Assembly (NCBI GenBank): GCA_964629735.1
Contig: CAZVQX010000002.1
Coordinates: forward strand, 5,493 to 69,492
Source of the DNA: an uncultured Muribaculaceae bacterium
Lineage (GTDB): Bacteria; Bacillota_I; Bacilli_A; RF39; UBA660
Reading direction: 5' to 3'
DNA: 64,000 bases
Numbering within the stretch: position 1 is the stretch's first letter; every line of letters begins with the position of its first letter. A program made the translations under genes and the position numbers. Of this stretch, positions 61,272-64,000 are shown one piece after another. A model generated the notes under the pieces. That model did not search any database, had not been told where the DNA came from, and saw only the letters and a list, made by a program, of their open reading frames with translations.

Positions 61272-61301
61272 AAAAGGCCAAGATTTTATTCTTGACCTTT
61301 T
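61272..61301. terminator. Bidirectional terminator between clpB (+) and the pilin-like gene (-)
   Basis: AAAAGGCCAAGA-ttttat-TCTTGACCTTTT hairpin with one mismatch. AT-rich on both flanks. Confidence 0.5.
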
Positions 61302-61314
61302 TAATATTTAAAAT

Positions 61315-63930
61315 TTATTTTGACGGAATTATTGACATATCAAAATTTCGCATTTCACTAATGTTTACACCATCGTGTTCAGTACTAACATTCCTCAAAG
61401 CATTAAATTTAATGCCGGTAAGTTTAGATTTCTTAGGCTTTAAATTAATATATGTTAATGGATAACTAGCAATACCAGTACTACCGTTTTCATTTATTAT
61501 ATCAAAAACAGTTGGCATCAATCCTGATGGTCTTCCTTCATTTGTTATTGATGATATTGTGACTAAAGGTTCTATATATCCATTGTTAACCGAATCTTTA
61601 ATATTTCCAATATAACTATCTTCAAAAATCAATTTTAAATTTGATATTTCCATATCTCCACCACTATAACCAAAATAAAATAATAATCGATGCCAGTTTT
61701 TAAAATTATCCGGTTGTTTAATTATATTAATTGTATTTTCCCCAATAGTAACTGGCACTGATCCACCTGCGTTCTCTGGTGAGCTTAACAATTTAAAATC
61801 ATCATCATTATATGGTCTTAAACAATTACCATAATAATAGTTACTGGTATTACCTGTTGTATAAATATTATAAGAGGTGCACCAATTATTTAAATCAATT
61901 TCAGGATTGTTAGTTGTATATAAATTTAAGTATTTAGATTCTATTTTAATACCATAATCAGGAGTTATTTCTTTTAGTTTATCGATTAAAACAACCGGTT
62001 CTTGAAACCCTTTAATTAAATTTAAACTTTTATCATATTTAACAAGTATTGCATCACTATGACCTTTATTAAAGTTTTTTAATTCAACATCACTTGAAAA
62101 AGTTGTACCAGCTACAACATAATTATTATCCTTTGTTTTTATCATTTTATAAAAAGCATCACTATTACTACCACCAAATATATGTTTATCTACAATCATT
62201 CCATTAGTAGCATTATACTTTATTAAAACTGCTTTTTTATATCCAGTATCTGCAATATTGAGGCTTTGTAAATCATAATCAACTGACTTTGAATAGCCAA
62301 CGCTAATAAAATAATCATCTGACAATTTTAATATATCATATAACAAATCCTCATTACTACCACCAAAACTCTTTTTAAATAATACATTTGTTAATGTTTT
62401 ATCATACTTTACTATAATTCCATCACTAATTATATTAGTTGTTTTTTTTATACCTTCCATCTCCATTTGTGAAGAATGACTATACCCAACGGCTATGTAC
62501 CCATCATTAACTTCAATAACTGTTAAAAATCTTTCATTTGACTCGCCCCTAAATGTTTTTTTATATTGGAGTTTACCAGTAGAATCATATTTTACAATTA
62601 AAGCTTCACTATTTAATTTTCCAGGATTATAGCCTAACCCTTCCATATCACCATCATTCGAGTTGGAATAGCCTACAGTTATATAGCCGCCATCTGATGT
62701 TTTTTTTACATCACTAAACATATCGTCATAAGTCCCACCAAATAAAGTTCTCCAAACCACTTTTAATTGCTCATCTAGTTTTAAAATAATAGCCTCATCC
62801 CTACGTGCTATTAAATCATAATTTAAAAAATCACCATTTTTAGGAGAAGGATCAACCAAACCAACTAGAACAAAACCATCATTTACTTTAATTATCCTTC
62901 TAAACTGTTCTGAGCCAGTACCACTTGTTCCATAACTTTTTTTAAATAATAATTCTCCCGTTTTACTATATTTTACAATTATAGCATCCGCTGTCCCACC
63001 ATTATATATATTTTGTAAATCACCATCAATACTATATGCTTGCCCTACCGCTATATATCCATCTTGGGTTTCAACAACACTATGAAAAGTATCATTATTA
63101 CTACCGCCAAAATTTTTACTCCATTCTACTAGCCCATTGGATGAAAATTTCACAATTATAGCATCATATTTTCCATTGTTTGTCGTTCCATATTTTGTTA
63201 TTATTTCTGAATTACTGCGACCAACAGCTACGTATCCACCATCACTTGTCTCTATAACATCATTAAACTCATCTAAATATTTTCCACCATAACTTACATA
63301 ATGACTAGCAAAAGTAGTTGCTTCTTGCAAACAATCCACAAATGCATTATAGTTATAATTATTGCTACTTGTTTTTTCAATTTCAACATATCCAACACAT
63401 CTGTTATTTAAGTCCATTGGTAATCTTAATTCATCAACTATACCATTATTCATTAATATATTTAAATCAATTGTTTTTTTATCACCTACATTAATAGGAA
63501 AATTATTTTTATCTTTTTTAATTCCATTTATCATTTGTTCTTGATACCATGCAAAAAATGAATCATTATAAAGTTGTAATGAGTATCCCACAGCTTTACC
63601 GTTTTTATAGAGTAATATTTTTGTATCATCACTTATTTTCATATTGTTTAATACATTTATTAAATCTTTTTTCAAATAATTCTCTTGTTTTAATTTACCT
63701 ACTTCAATATAGCTGACATTATCTTTCCATGTAAAATCAATTGAATTAGAAGCATAATATAACTCAGCAGCTCGTTCAATACCTTTTTTACTTGCATTAA
63801 AAGCACCATATTTTGCACGATTTATTACAATGTTAATAATTGGTACCGATATGACTAAAATTATTCCTAATATTACTATTACCGCTAATAATTCAATTAA
63901 TGTAAAACCTCTCTCAATATTTTTATTCAT
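61315..63930 (-). CDS. Large modular protein with a type IV prepilin N-terminus, a seven-bladed SBBP-type beta-propeller and a C-terminal domain of about 270 aa
   Basis: MNKNIER-G-FTLIELLAVIVILGIIL prepilin cleavage/methylation motif. Seven repeats of the type FGGSxxDxFxxVxxTxDGGYxxVGYSxSxDGD. Start set at the ATG at 63930. Confidence 0.65.
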   Translation of the reverse strand: MNKNIERGFTLIELLAVIVILGIILVISVPIINIVINRAKYGAFNASKKGIERAAELYYASNSIDFTWKDNVSYIEVGKLKQENYLKKDLINVLNNMKISDDTKILLYKNGKAVGYSLQLYNDSFFAWYQEQMINGIKKDKNNFPINVGDKKTIDLNILMNNGIVDELRLPMDLNNRCVGYVEIEKTSSNNYNYNAFVDCLQEATTFASHYVSYGGKYLDEFNDVIETSDGGYVAVGRSNSEIITKYGTTNNGKYDAIIVKFSSNGLVEWSKNFGGSNNDTFHSVVETQDGYIAVGQAYSIDGDLQNIYNGGTADAIIVKYSKTGELLFKKSYGTSGTGSEQFRRIIKVNDGFVLVGLVDPSPKNGDFLNYDLIARRDEAIILKLDEQLKVVWRTLFGGTYDDMFSDVKKTSDGGYITVGYSNSNDGDMEGLGYNPGKLNSEALIVKYDSTGKLQYKKTFRGESNERFLTVIEVNDGYIAVGYSHSSQMEMEGIKKTTNIISDGIIVKYDKTLTNVLFKKSFGGSNEDLLYDILKLSDDYFISVGYSKSVDYDLQSLNIADTGYKKAVLIKYNATNGMIVDKHIFGGSNSDAFYKMIKTKDNNYVVAGTTFSSDVELKNFNKGHSDAILVKYDKSLNLIKGFQEPVVLIDKLKEITPDYGIKIESKYLNLYTTNNPEIDLNNWCTSYNIYTTGNTSNYYYGNCLRPYNDDDFKLLSSPENAGGSVPVTIGENTINIIKQPDNFKNWHRLLFYFGYSGGDMEISNLKLIFEDSYIGNIKDSVNNGYIEPLVTISSITNEGRPSGLMPTVFDIINENGSTGIASYPLTYINLKPKKSKLTGIKFNALRNVSTEHDGVNISEMRNFDMSIIPSK

Positions 63931-64000
63931 AAGACACACCCTTTCCATTTATTATAACCAATTTAATCATCTTTATTTAACGGATAATATAATGAATATA

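Noticed and set aside
1-64000. CRISPR arrays, IS elements, integrases or prophage blocks
   Set aside because: I found no spaced direct-repeat array, no transposase or integrase-like ORF and no terminal inverted repeats. The only phage-like gene is the isolated gp1-type kinase.

Overview
This is a very AT-rich stretch of bacterial chromosome that uses the standard genetic code; the long ORFs are intact with TGA as a stop codon. Genes are tightly packed and lie almost entirely on the minus strand. The core genes show low-GC Firmicutes/Mollicutes-like synteny. A Bacillus-like alaS-yrzL-yrrK-yrzB-mltG-trmR-U32-U32-greA block is followed by tig, priA, fmt, ruvAB, queA, miaA, rpmB, dnaE, nfo, sodA, a class B PBP, rpmG-efp, feoAB, a CamS-like lipoprotein gene, gatCAB and polA. 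Several traits are Mollicute-like: a roughly 970-aa DnaE, a ClpB lacking the N-domain and under CIRCE/HrcA control, and a divergent GatA. Cell-wall genes are present nonetheless (LCP protein, LtaS-like enzyme, PBP, MltG, M23 peptidase). On the opposite strand there are two tRNA genes (Cys-GCA and Gly-GCC) with their own promoter and a bidirectional terminator. The observations most worth a second look are: (1) a tight four-gene operon at 9559-14582 encoding a PHP phosphoesterase, a GrpB nucleotidyltransferase-like domain fused to an unknown Cys-containing domain, a truncated phosphoketolase paralog and an HD hydrolase, with UDG-like and metallophosphoesterase genes next to it; (2) an 877-aa protein with a prepilin-type N-terminus, an SBBP-type beta-propeller and a C-terminal module, which looks like a modular minor pilin or adhesin; (3) a phage T4 gp1-like dNMP kinase translationally coupled to alaS; (4) a large metallophosphoesterase with a coiled-coil tail inserted into the conserved greA-tig synteny; (5) a sensor GGDEF protein whose GGDEF motif and I-site are both degenerate. 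No CRISPR array, IS element or prophage is evident.
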